From positions 1,116,001 through 1,180,000 of the forward strand of contig CM022677.1 in the NCBI GenBank assembly GCA_012295275.1: DNA of 64,000 nucleotides, in the 5' to 3' direction. Of the stretch, positions 43,280 to 55,941 are shown in pieces (the stretch's first letter is position 1; each line of letters begins with the position of its first letter). Below the pieces are notes generated by a model, which was not told the DNA's origin, searched no databases, and saw only the letters and a program-made list of their open reading frames with translations. This stretch comes from Chrysomallon squamiferum (taxonomy: Eukaryota; Animalia; Mollusca). The position numbers were made by a program, and so were the translations under genes.

Positions 43280-44072
43280 CTTCATCTGACGTGACACACA
43301 CAGCAGTCATCTTGAAGAGAAGTAGAACGAGTTTCCTCAACAAAGCCATGTCACCAGATTTGAAACATTCTCCAGGAATCCGCAAGTCCTCAGTCTCTAC
43401 TCCGCCAAAACCAACAAACTCAGACATGTCAGGAACACTGGACAAGCCAGCTTCAGAAACTTTCTGCAACACGTCTAAACTCAAATTTACACACAAGTTT
43501 TGAATGTCACTTTTCAAAACACTGTTTGAAAAGTTGTCATGAATGAGAGTATTGAAAATATCTAAAACCTTTTTGTATAAAAGTCTTACATATGATGAGG
43601 TCAGTTGTTCACAGTTTAATTTTGATACATTTTCTTTTGTCAAAGTGTTTTCAAAATTTTTATCCAAAGCAGTGTTTTTCATTGAAAAGCTGTGGACTGA
43701 AGGGAGATAATCCTCATTAAAAAGAAAACTACAAAGTATTCGGGAAATAAAAGATACGATAAACTGAAGCTCAGGCTGTTTTGTCATTTTGTCCTCAGCG
43801 TTTATAAATATAAACTTCACAGTTTTCTGAAGCAGACATAAAAAAGAAAATGTTGCGTCTGCTCCAAACTGCTCACTTCTGCTGCTGGTCCAGCAGGTGG
43901 CAGATAATGTGATGAGGTTTGGCTTTAAGCAGTTCAAAGTTAAGTTATTTACCTCATGTCCAGACTTCCCTGACATGAAGTGTTTCAGAAGTTCCAGCCT
44001 TGAAACTGGTTGAAGAGATGATCCACATATTAAATCAGATAAAACGTTTTTTATTATGTTCTCCTTGTGATC
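43280..44072 (-). CDS. LINS1: Lines homolog large internal exon
   Basis: ttcctgcag|GAT CAC... open for 264 codons, including GFGG and LLRKLVLLLFK; donor G|GTAGAC. Confidence 0.85.
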
Positions 44073-44462
44073 CTGCAGGAAACAAAATTAAAATAATAAT
44101 AATTATACTGACAACTGAATAAATATCTCTGATAATATTTACTTTTGCTAAGATGGTGGACTTGCTTTATTAATCATGGTCAAAATCTGTTTGGTTTTCT
44201 CAGATTAAACAAGTGAAATAAGCACTTTTTACAGTTTGAAAGTTAATGCCTGTTATTTACCACAATATAATAAAAGAGTTCTGCATTTTTCTTCTATAGC
44301 TTCAGCAAAATTTAAATTACATTTAACTTGTGAATTAATTCACTCTTCATTTTACAGTTAAATGGTTGTGTCAAACAAACAAAATATTTTATTTTAATCC
44401 ATTGATCAAAAAAGGTAAGTAATCAGTGAAGAAAATATTAAAATTCAAATTAATATACTTAC

Positions 44463-44549
44463 ATCAAAGAAATTAGTTTTAAAAGCTGTTAACATTGATC
44501 TGAGAGCTCCGTATCTGATAAACCTGTCACTGTTCTTCAACGCTTGCAG
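44463..44549 (-). CDS. LINS1: Lines homolog 87-nt exon
   Basis: tatttag|LQALKNSDRFIRYGALRSMLTAFKTNFFD|GTAAGT; phase 0-0, fits the next exon. Confidence 0.8.
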
Positions 44550-45181
44550 CTAAATAAGTAAATACAAACACTGTCAACAAAACTAACATGATATAGTCAC
44601 AGATGTCACAGATTATGATTTGTAATATTTGTATAGAATGAATTCTTAATAACAATTATTTTGAGATGAAAGAGCAAACTGACAGCTTTCATAAATCAAA
44701 ACTTGTATTTGTAGTTTGCAGAAATAGTAACAATTATTCTATATTTATCTTTTAAACAAAATATCTTCTGTTTTACATTTATTTATTAAAATTCATCTGA
44801 CAACAAGAGAACACTAATGTTAGGAATACAACAGATTAAATACATTTCTCCATTATTCTCTTTATTCAGTGTCTAAATATTTTCTTTGTTGGCTTTTGTT
44901 AAGCAAATACACATAGAAGTATACAGATACTTTCACAGTAGATATATTTAATGTGCAATTACTACATAAACTGAATCATTAAAAATTTTCTTTACAAGAA
45001 AATGCTACAGAATAAATAAATAAAATAAATCTAAAAATCTAATTACATTTTAAAATGACAAGTTAAATTTCATTATTTCATTTGAAGAGGCACATACAAA
45101 TTATATTAACTGTACTATATTAATAAAATTAAAAATATAATGTTGTTCTGTATAGCAACAGTTCATTTTTAGTTGACTTAC

Positions 45182-45806
45182 CAAACCATGAGATAATATT
45201 TTCTGCACCAATTTTCTCAATAAAATTCCTTCTCCAATTAAACCCACTGCTTGAATCTTCCTGTTGACATTTCAAAGATACATCATCATTCTTAAATATC
45301 TTGTTTTCTGAAGAGTTATTTCCCTTATCCCACATCTTTTTATTTATTATATCATCTTCCTCAGTAACCAATTGTTCCTCATCTAGCTGACATTTTTCAT
45401 GTTTGTTATCTAAATATGATAAACAAACTTCACCACTTTTGATTTCAACACACGTAGAAACAAACTTCTTCAAACAGAATTTGTTTTCAGACTGAAAGCT
45501 GCCTAAATTATTCTCCATGACAACCGAATCTGATTTCTGTGAATCTTTGTAAATTCTTTTTATCTCATCCTGCACATTTTACACTTTTTTTCTTCATTAA
45601 ATAACAGCTGGAAAATGGACAGTATAAGTAGTTTGTGGCAGTGACAACAAAAATGAGGATTTCTTGTACATTTTGTGTCTTCTGACGTAATAATTTGTTT
45701 AAAAACATTAGTCAAATGTTCAGAGTTACATGTCATAGAAGTATTTCCTGATTTCAAATCCTGATAGAAAACTGTCAGATGTTTCCATGTATTCTCCATG
45801 TCAGAC
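45182..45806 (-). CDS. LINS1: Lines homolog N-terminal exon; contains an apparent frameshift pair
   Basis: Acceptor aattag| at 45807, ATG at 45799, donor GTAAGT at 45181. Two overlapping ORFs in different frames (45799-45560 and 45575-45129). Confidence 0.65.
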
Positions 45807-46237
45807 CTAATTAATATGAAATGTATTTTTCATTTTAAAAAGGCTTTAATATATCTGACGGTAAAACAATATCCTTTTTCTGTAAAATTTAAGAAATCTG
45901 TTTAAAGAAAGATCTGTTCACACACATGAGCACTTCTTAATTAAGTAATTAAATAGGGGGGAAATATCAACAACATGTTGTAACAACAGAATAATTGTTT
46001 GATCAAATTAACATCATTAAACAAGACTTATTAAATTTTTCTTTCAAATAGTATTCTAATAAATTAAAAGCAGAAATGTTTTGTTACTGTAGTTTTGAAT
46101 AAGCAAAATTACTATTCATTCATTGAAAATTAAGAATCAATAACAGAATAAAAATATTAAACTAAAACTCAGCTTTTTTTTTTTTTTAAATAACAAATTA
46201 CAGGTATGAAAATTTAAAACAGAAGCAGAATCCATAC

Positions 46238-46257
46238 CTGGTTTCCTTGTTATTCAT
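46238..46257 (-). CDS. LINS1: Probable LINS start, MNNKET(R), within a 74-nt exon at 46311-46238
   Basis: Acceptor ttttacttcag| at 46312 and donor CAG|GTATGG at 46237. ATG at 46257 splices in frame to G TCT GAC ATG GAG at 45806. Confidence 0.6.
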
Positions 46258-46355
46258 TGTGGGTAAAAATCAAAATTCTGACATTATCCAGAAACACTGA
46301 ATCTTTAATATCTGAAGTAAAATAACAACTGTGCAACAAGAAATTGTGTATTAGT

Positions 46356-46361
46356 TTTATT
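46356..46361 (-). terminator. Putative LSM6 polyadenylation signal AATAAA
   Basis: First AATAAA seen downstream of the LSM6 stop on the minus strand, followed by a U/GU-rich tract. Confidence 0.5.
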
Positions 46362-46732
46362 ATTCACAAGTTTAACATCTCAAAATGAACACATCATACT
46401 GTTTATAGTCTTTTTCACTGAACTGCATCACAGTAAACTGTTCAGTGATGTTACCAACATGGCTGACACTCTGTGCTTTTCTAAACTAATTAACAGCAAA
46501 TTTCTTGAAATTTTTGATAATGACAGCTGGTATAAAAAAGTAAATTGTCAAATTCAACAATAAATTGCAGTTGTTATAATCTATTTGCAAAAGTTAAAAA
46601 AAAAAAAAAAAGTTTAAGAATGTAAGTTATGGTAATGAAAATATGAGATGATGTCCTCTGCAGACTGTTTCAAAAATAAATAACATGAATGAGAAAGCAT
46701 CATGTTTTCAGTACAAAGTGTTTTGTTGTCTT

Positions 46733-46767
46733 CTAAACTCGTCTCTTTTGAGTGCTGATGTATAAAA
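46733..46767 (-). CDS. LSM6: LSM6 exon 3 (VLYISTQKRRV*)
   Basis: ttttctttttcag| acceptor; matches the LSM6 C-terminus. Confidence 0.95.
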
Positions 46768-47174
46768 CTGAAAAAGAAAAATGTTTTTAATTAAGAAATG
46801 ACTTCAAAAATAAGTTAGTATATGAATGATTCTATAATGTAATTCAAAATAAGATTAGTGAGATACAAAATCTATGTTTCAGAATGTATATATTTTTTGT
46901 TTTGAATATTAAAAATAAAGATATTTTGAAATGTTTTATGTAGGCATATAATTTTATATTTTATAAAGTGTGTGTGTGTAAATGTGTCTTTTTAGATGTC
47001 ACATTGTTTTATTAGAAGAAAACAAAAATCAATAATATAACAGAAATAAAACAAAAATCTTATTTTCTATTCTAAAAAGTTAAATTTGTTTCGTCTTGTG
47101 TTGAGTATGTATGTGAATAATATATATTAGAATATGTATACTGATATGGTTTGAAAATGAAACAGAAAACTAAC

Positions 47175-47288
47175 CATTATTTCCTCGTATGAATGCATCA
47201 CCATATTTGTTTTTGAGTTGACCATTCACGTATTCCTCGGTCTGCTCAAGAGCAATGTTCATGTAGCCATCCAGACAGGCAAGCACTC
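47175..47288 (-). CDS. LSM6: LSM6 exon 2
   Basis: Reads GVLACLDGYMNIALEQTEEYVNGQLKNKYGDAFIRGNN between an AG acceptor and a GTTAGT donor. Confidence 0.97.
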
Positions 47289-47752
47289 CTAGAACAAAGA
47301 ATATTTAAATACGCAAAAAAATTCAGAATTTCTCTGTTAACATATTTACCAAGTTTGCTATTATCAATGTAAATAATAATAAAATATATGTAAAAAATAT
47401 ATAATAACAGAAAAATAAATAACAGAATAACTGAAATATATCTCAATCAAAACTAAATTATTTTTATAAGAATATTAACATATTCAGAAACAGTTTTAAA
47501 TATAAATATGGCCATAGTCAGTTAGCTTTATGATTAACAACTGGATATAATTATAAACAGAGCCTAAAACACGAAAGTTTATAACCAGAAGTAGTGATGG
47601 TCATACCGTCATGACTGTTTTTTTTTTTTATTTTGCCATCAGTGAAATCAACCTGATTTTCTTTTCTACATCTTATTCTTGGATTAGTGTTAATGTATTC
47701 TTATTTCGATCGACTCTGCTCGAAGCTGCAAACTAATATATATATTACGTAC

Positions 47753-47858
47753 CTCTGTAATCAACTCCAGAATTGAGTTTCACCATAACAGGGCGTCCAA
47801 TAATCTGTTTTAGAAATTCACTGGGTGTCTGTTTCCTGCTAACGTGTATCTCAGCCAT
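47753..47858 (-). CDS. LSM6: LSM6 coding exon 1 (U6 snRNA-associated Sm-like protein, 84 aa in total); missed by the ORF track
   Basis: MAEIHVSRKQTPSEFLKQIIGRPVMVKLNSGVDYR-G|GTACGT. Confidence 0.96.
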
Positions 47859-48000
47859 GAGAAAATAATACAAAAAATCCGAATCACTGAAATAAAATAA
47901 ATATTACACATAAACCTATATGTAGATGTGGAACAAAATTTGTAAAATAAATAAAGCCTGATAAATTCATTTAAAAATATACAATAAAAATAGGACAAAC

Positions 48001-48030
48001 CTCGTTTTTTGTAATCGGAAGTGAGCGAAT
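48001..48030 (-). promoter_or_regulatory. Putative non-coding first exon/TSS region of LSM6 with an ETS-type motif
   Basis: Donor GAG|GTTTGT at 48000 and acceptor tttatttcag| at 47887, upstream of the LSM6 ATG. CGGAAGTG at 48016-48023. Confidence 0.5.
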
Positions 48031-48452
48031 TATAATAGACTGATAGTGATACATAATATTTTGGGGGAACAAAGTATCTCTATTGGTTTAAAGTACTGTG
48101 CCAAAAATAATTATAACTATAGAGCTCACTTCATAAAATAAAAGGACATTTAAATTATTATGTAAAAATCATTAAATGAGATTATAAAATCTGCTATCAT
48201 TATAGCTCCTGGTTACAAATTTGATTTATCCGAAGTGGCTAAACAGCCGACATGCCGGTTATATAGCTGTAAGGCTATACAACCGGCTGGTAGGCATGCT
48301 CTCGGTGATACTGTTATCATTGGTAATAGGACGAAAACCAGCAGTATTTCTTTTAAATTTATTATGCTATATACATTTTTTATATTGTTTATTATAACTA
48401 TAAAAATATTTAAAAAGGTAAATTTTAATCCTCTGTTTTTATTATTAGTACT

Positions 48453-48483
<31 letters not shown>

Positions 48484-49715
48484 TTTTTTTAAATCTAAAA
48501 CTGTTTCCTTGTTTTGGCTGTTATACCGGATGTCGACGACGTTTGTATGAGAATTCATTATTAAGTGTAATTAATCCCGCTTTAAATGCGGGGACACTTT
48601 GTTAATGTCTTTTTGAGAACCAATGGATTGTATTTCCACGTTGTTATGTTCATTTAACAGAAACGTGAAAGTTTATTGTTGTCTATAATAAACGTTGTCA
48701 ACGAGAAATTCTCAGCACTGACGAAAATGAACGTTTTTATTTTCCTGTTAATGTTATTAAATAGGGTAAACCTGTTACAACTGGCCTGTTTGAGGGTGGC
48801 ATAATTATTTGATTCTTTATTTATTTATTATTTTAGTTTATTTGATTATGTTTTTTTTTTTTGTGTGTGATTTTTTTTTTTTTGAAAATGAAGGTGTACG
48901 TAATTTAGTTTTTTTTTATTGTTGTTTAATTTTATCGTTAAAATTCTCAGAGGACATTAAAAAAAAAAAAAAAAAAAAATAAAACTAATTTAGCTGCAAG
49001 AAATAAATTATCTCCTCTGTTTGCCTGAATGACAGTTTAAATTCGGGTTGGAGAAATTTATATTTTAGAGATGAAATGCTATTGTGATAATTGCCAAAAA
49101 ATATTTTATACACATCCTCTCACTCAATTATCTGTTTTTGTTACATCAGTCTTTATCAGATACCATTATACAGAACGTTTGTTTATGGTCAGAAAAAACG
49201 CGTAGACAAAAGAGTCTCATTAGATCCATTTCGAAAAAAGAAAGAAAGAAAAACGAACAACAAAGAACTAATTACATTCATAATTTTAAATATTTTCTCC
49301 TGCCACTGAAGTCAGAGACAGCTTTTGTTAGATGCAGATTATTGACGCCAGACGAAACGAAGTTTGTTTATGACGTTTTGTCATAACAAGTTATTGTAAA
49401 TGTGGACAAAACTGCAACGTTCATTTTATACAAAAAAAAAACAACAAAAACACTACTACAAACACCCCCCCCCCCCCAAACTTTACTACTTTTACTTGTG
49501 TGAACACTCTCCATTACATCACTACCATTTTGCAAGTACATTTTCTTACGTATAATCTGTGTTATTCTACCGGATTTAAAATATTTAAATATATATATAT
49601 GCGACCTGTTGGTATGTATAATAGATACGAGAAGCTATGAAATGATCAATACCGTAAGTTGTCGGTAAATTCATTGTATATGCATATATATATATATATG
49701 TATGTATATATGTAT

Positions 49716-49762
<47 letters not shown>

Positions 49763-50013
49763 ATAGTATAGTCACTCCTATATCTTACATATAAATCTTC
49801 CTAAAATCGGTTAGTGTTTTGTCCGTTGCGGTTTTGTCTTAGATCCACTAACAGAAAAAGATACCTAGCCAATTCCAGGAGCAAAATGACGACACTGCAT
49901 AAATTTCATAACCAGATCTGTGACACTGACTGAAAGTCTACAGATAATAATCTTAAGTAAATAACGTATTTTTATAAATATTTATTACGTACATAAAGCA
50001 CACAATTCATGCT

Positions 50014-50844
50014 CTATGTTAAACGGTCTAATGCTAGGTAAGCCTTGAGTGAAGAAGGAAGAGGTAACGTGTCTATCTGTTTAGAAATACTGCCTGCCAG
50101 TGAACGTCTGATTCTGATTCTACACAGAGCTTTTAACGACAACGTGCAAGTGGAGTACTGACGAATCAACATGAGTAGCTTATTGTTGTTTGGTTCGTTT
50201 ATACATCGAATCCAGCAGTAATCGTTCTCTAGTGGATATCCCGCCGCTAAAAGCAGACGACAAACGTTTGTGTCATTATGGTGGACGAGATTGGCTAGTG
50301 GAGTTCCTTTACCGAATATAGCACTGTGGTTCTGAATACACCCCGCTCGTATTATGTTTCTACACGACACCGACACGCCGTGGTAGGCAGCGTAATGCAG
50401 CGCCGAGCACTTCAGTCTGTCTACTTGGTTGACGTCTGCACCGTGCTCTAACAGGACCTGGACTGCTGCAGCGTTCTTGTTCATTGCTGCCTGCAACAAC
50501 GGCGTCATGTTGTCGCGATCTGCGCAGTTAATATCGGCTCCAGCATCTAAAAGAAACTCAACGATGTCGGCTCCTTGGCACATGCACGCCCAGTGCAGGG
50601 CATTTCGACTTAAGCAAGGATCCTGAAAATTTACTGATGCTCCTGCCCTGACTAGAAATTTAACAATTTCGAGATTTCCCGAGTAAGCGGCTGTTCCGAG
50701 CACTGTGGCGCCCTCCCACCGCGTGGGACTGTGCAGGACGGCGTTTTTGCTGATGCCGCTGCCGATGAGTCGTTTTACTCTTACGAGGTTGCCACTGAAA
50801 ATGGCGTCAAACAACATTGTTTCTGAGTCATTCTGACTTAACAT
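50014..50844 (-). CDS. Ankyrin repeat and SOCS box-containing (ASB family) protein, 276 aa, single coding exon
   Basis: About 5-6 ankyrin repeats (e.g. TPLLQAA...LLEHGADVN) plus a C-terminal SOCS box (SLKALCRIRIRRSL...IDTLPLPSSLKAYL). An acceptor ttttttag| at 50865 precedes ATG 50844, so the ORF-track extension to 50979 is intronic. Confidence 0.92.
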   Translation of the reverse strand: MLSQNDSETMLFDAIFSGNLVRVKRLIGSGISKNAVLHSPTRWEGATVLGTAAYSGNLEIVKFLVRAGASVNFQDPCLSRNALHWACMCQGADIVEFLLDAGADINCADRDNMTPLLQAAMNKNAAAVQVLLEHGADVNQVDRLKCSALHYAAYHGVSVSCRNIIRAGCIQNHSAIFGKGTPLANLVHHNDTNVCRLLLAAGYPLENDYCWIRCINEPNNNKLLMLIRQYSTCTLSLKALCRIRIRRSLAGSISKQIDTLPLPSSLKAYLALDRLT

Positions 50845-51723
50845 TGTCACTGGCTTGATGTTTTCTAAAAAAGTAAAATAAAATAAATTGAAATAAATAA
50901 ATAAAATGAATAATATTTGTTTGTATATTTGTTTAAAGACATCCCAACACAAAATATTAAATTGGCTGTTGGGTGTCATTCAAAGGTAAAACGATTAAAA
51001 ATCCCCATAACACATTGATTCTTTTATCAAAGACGTACGTAATAACCAAGCAATCAGTTTACTATCTGTCAGAAAGAGAGGTTTTAATATTATTTTTCAG
51101 TTATATTTTATTTAGTTAGATAACAGATAAACTATACCTGACACAGTTAAACAAAGTTCAGAGACAGCTGACCTTAAAATGTTTTGACGACAAAGTTTAA
51201 ACTGTGATGATAATGATAAACATTACACTGATGATAACTGCAGATATACTCTCCCGAGTCTGGGGCTAACTTCTATATTTAAAAAAGCCCATATACATAC
51301 ATTAATTTTCCTTTCTAGCGTTTCCAGGCAGTACGTAGTGTAACTGAATTACACCAAACACACAGTCATTAATATAAACAATTACTTTTACGTCTAAATC
51401 AGCTAAAAGGAAAAACATGCAACTACAACTTATAGATAGATAGATAGATAGACATAAAGATAGATACAAAGGAAAACAGTAAATTCAAAAGGAAAGACGC
51501 GATTAAACGAACTCAGAATTGTGTAGTCTATAATGAGAGTATGTGTGAGAGTCGCTATGTACTAGATTACTAATACGAATATTCGCGTTGTTTAGATCAG
51601 CACAGTAACTAGAAAAATATGGTATTCAAGTCGACTAATGTAAACATCAAGTTACAGACAGTTTTATAACTCCCGGACAAAACAGACACCCTGCTACAGT
51701 GAGCTATTTACGCTTCAGTTGAT

Positions 51724-51761
<38 letters not shown>

Positions 51762-52282
51762 ATAATAATAAAATAAAGGTCGTCACGCTCTGGTAGGTTT
51801 AATGACAAAAATTACTGAATTAATTAACGCTTTCTCTCTGTATTTGTGGATATGAAGACACAGAAATTATTCATATTTACATTCGTACCACATTAATCAC
51901 AGAAAATAATTATTTATCGTAGAACCATATTTTTAAAATAATAGAAAAAATAATGAGGATGATACTTTAATTAATTAATTAATTAAAGATTTTTTAATTC
52001 TCTTATTTTTCTTTCCTTAATGGACTGTACCACCAAATGTTTTAAACTGTTGTATACGCAAAGTTCAAAAACGAACACACACTCATGAACCAGTACGTGT
52101 ACATGCATAGTATTAATACTATTAAAGTATTATGAACATGTGAGATTACGTACGAACAAAACAGGTCTATTTATAGTAGCCTATATCACTTTACTGGCTT
52201 TTCCACTTTGCTGTTACCGATAAATTCTATTTTTACAGGACAAAAGAATACTGTCCAGACTGAAACAGAGAGTAATACTTAC

Positions 52283-52450
52283 ATCTGGTAACCTCCGTGT
52301 CGCTGTAATTCACAGTAAACATTGTCTCATCGAGCGAGCCGTTTTCGTTTTCTCCTTTTCAGCGTAACGGCTATAAAAATCGGTCATACAAAAGTTGGTC
52401 GGTCGATACCATCGTCATGTGACTGGTTGGGAATTTCGGTGACGTCATAA
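52283..52450 (-). promoter_or_regulatory. Putative ASB promoter and non-coding first exon with a CRE palindrome
   Basis: CpG-enriched patch, consensus donor AT|GTAAGT at 52282, and TGACGTCA at 52440-52447. Confidence 0.5.
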
Positions 52451-53907
52451 TAGTAACTATGGGGAAATGATTGTGAATAATATGTTGTGCGGCATTGTAG
52501 TTGAAAATAAAGACGTTTCCTCACATGATAGGGAAAATGTTAAAGCAGTTAAAAAAAAAAAAAAAAAAAAGATGAAATAAAGAAAACAAACGCATACTAA
52601 TGGTTAATTTTTTTTTTTTTTTTCATTCTTTTCTTTCTTTTAAACTTAAGCAATCATTTCTATTTCATACAATTATTTTTATTTTCTGTTTTGACTGAGG
52701 GTAGCCAGACTTCCTGCTTTAGGAAAAATACTTGTTTTTGAGTACTCTGACTTTGCTTAAGAAGAATGTTAATTTGTCCTTCTCTTTGGGGACTCTCTAA
52801 AAATAATTGTATAAATTGATTTACCTTCACTAAAACAACGGGATGTTCGCAAACTGAAGGCCACAATAACCTGTGACATAGATTTATTATAATTTTATCT
52901 ATCTAGCTGTGGAGATAGCAAGTAAAGGGCATAAATAAACTTACTAAATAACTAACTAACTAAATAAATAAATAGGCTACTTCCTTTAGTTTGTGAAACA
53001 AGTTAATTTAGTTAGCATGTGTTGTCAAAAAAAAAAAAAGTGACGATTTTAGTAATTAATTAGTCAAATTCTATAATTTGTCATTTGTGTATTTTGGTTA
53101 TTATGAAGTAAAATAATGGCTACTTCTGTTTTAAGATTTTGAAATGGCCACCGTACTTTGAGTTATTTCCTTGACAGACGATGTTCGTCTTTATAACCGT
53201 TTGTTCCTGTTTCACGAATGAGGAAACAAATAAAAAAAACCCCAAACAAACAAACAAAAAACCCACCGAATATTGTGTTCCCAAAAATGTAAAAGAAGAA
53301 AAATCACATGCATGCTTTATTTGAATAACTAAGGGAAAATTAATTTTATATTATAATCATCAATTTTGATCGAACTGGCTAACTGAGATAATGAAACGTT
53401 TTGCTTTACCGGTCACTATCTCTAGTTCAGACACATTCACGTACATACACACTACCAACCTACTGTTTCAGTTCTCTCACACATGCAGAGTCACCCTCCT
53501 CGACCCCTCCTCTCTCTCACCTCTGTCTACATCAGTTTTTACGCACAAAAGGCTTCGTTTGCTATGCAGACGACACAATAATAAACGGAAGTATGACTTT
53601 CACTAAAATCATGCTGAAAACAGTTCAGACGGAGTTTAAGAAAATGCTCCTCTGTGACGCAAAGTTGAGAGAAGGAAAAAAACCATTTAGTCCAACGTCT
53701 TATAACTGTAAATAAAATGTATCGTATGCTGTGTTAAAAAAAAAAAAAAAATGTTTTCTTCCTTACTTTCTCGTGTCAGTGAACATGCTTAAAAACATCA
53801 TAACTTCAATCGCGTAAAACAGGTATCACACAAAACAGCCTTATGTATTATAATGTATTTTATTTTATCGGAGCATATGAATTTTTGGTTTAGGAAAAAT
53901 GTTTGTT

Positions 53908-54186
53908 TTACTGTAGTGAAAATTTGATTGTAAATACAAAACACAGAACCAAAGCGATTATAAAGAATATTAAAAGAAACAGTCTGTCGAGCGTTGTTGC
54001 GATCCACTTCCAGTCGTCCTTTACGTGTTGTTCCTCTGTCGTCTGGTTTAGGTAATTCAGTATGTTTTTCAGAGCAACAGAAATGTTTTCACAACATTTT
54101 AAAACGGGATCCAAAGTGGCCGGCGTCTCACCTGATTTATTCCTAGCTGCGTGGTGTGATCTTTGTTTGAACGCCACAAGTTGGAG
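53908..54186 (-). CDS. nAChR-like subunit exon 8 (MA helix, M4, stop)
   Basis: ctcactcag| acceptor; reads ...DDWKWIATTLDRLFLLIFFII...SLQ*. Confidence 0.92.
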   Translation of the reverse strand, partial: LQLVAFKQRSHHAARNKSGETPATLDPVLKCCENISVALKNILNYLNQTTEEQHVKDDWKWIATTLDRLFLLIFFIIALVLCFVFTIKFSLQ

Positions 54187-54563
54187 CTGAGTGAGCAAAA
54201 ACAGAAAAAAGAAAGAAAAGTGAGAACAATAAGAAAAACGTATTTTGTCGTAATTGTTATTATACAGTCATACCCGTTACCATCACCATCACCACTACCA
54301 ACATCATCATCATCATCATCATCATCATTATTATTATTATTAGTAGTATAGTAGCAGAAGCAGTTGTAGTAATTGCAATAGTAGTAATAACAGTAGGAGA
54401 CGTAGTAGTAGTAGCAGCAGCAGTAGCACTGGTAACAGAGTAGCAATCGTAATAGTAAGTGAAATCACAAATAACAGATTTGATTTATTTTCATTATTTG
54501 TAAAGTGCAGTTATTACTACTAGTTTGTGCGTAGTGAATGCTATACGTTACATCTTACGGTAC

Positions 54564-54760
54564 CTCTGTAGGTGACGAGTTCTTCTCTGTGTGGCTTGGT
54601 CGATGAACACACAAAAGACGTCCTATCCACGACAAACACAGTTTATTCAGAAACAGGGTCGTCATTTGACCTTTGTGACCTCGGTAGAAGATGTTGAGAC
54701 TGATGACTGACATGAACGAAGACAAGCCGACGAGAACTATAGAGGCAGCGAAGTATGCGC
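54564..54760 (-). CDS. nAChR-like subunit exon 7 (M3, MX)
   Basis: Reads AYFAASIVLVGLSSFMSVISLNIFYRG...; phases fit both neighbours. Confidence 0.9.
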
Positions 54761-54825
54761 CTGAAACATTGAAATCATGGTACCTTAACTACTGAACTCT
54801 TCTATTTTACAGCAGTGAGTGACTA

Positions 54826-55930
<1,105 letters not shown>

Positions 55931-55941
55931 TTTTTACTCAC

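Noticed and set aside
45575-45595. A-AAA-AAG slippery heptamer as a programmed -1 frameshift explaining the LINS break
   Set aside because: Slippage there meets GTG TAA immediately, and a second, opposite shift would still be required.
50845-50979. N-terminal 45 residues of the 321-aa ASB ORF
   Set aside because: AT-rich intron-like sequence ending in a clear pyrimidine tract and AG at 50865; the real start is probably ATG 50844.
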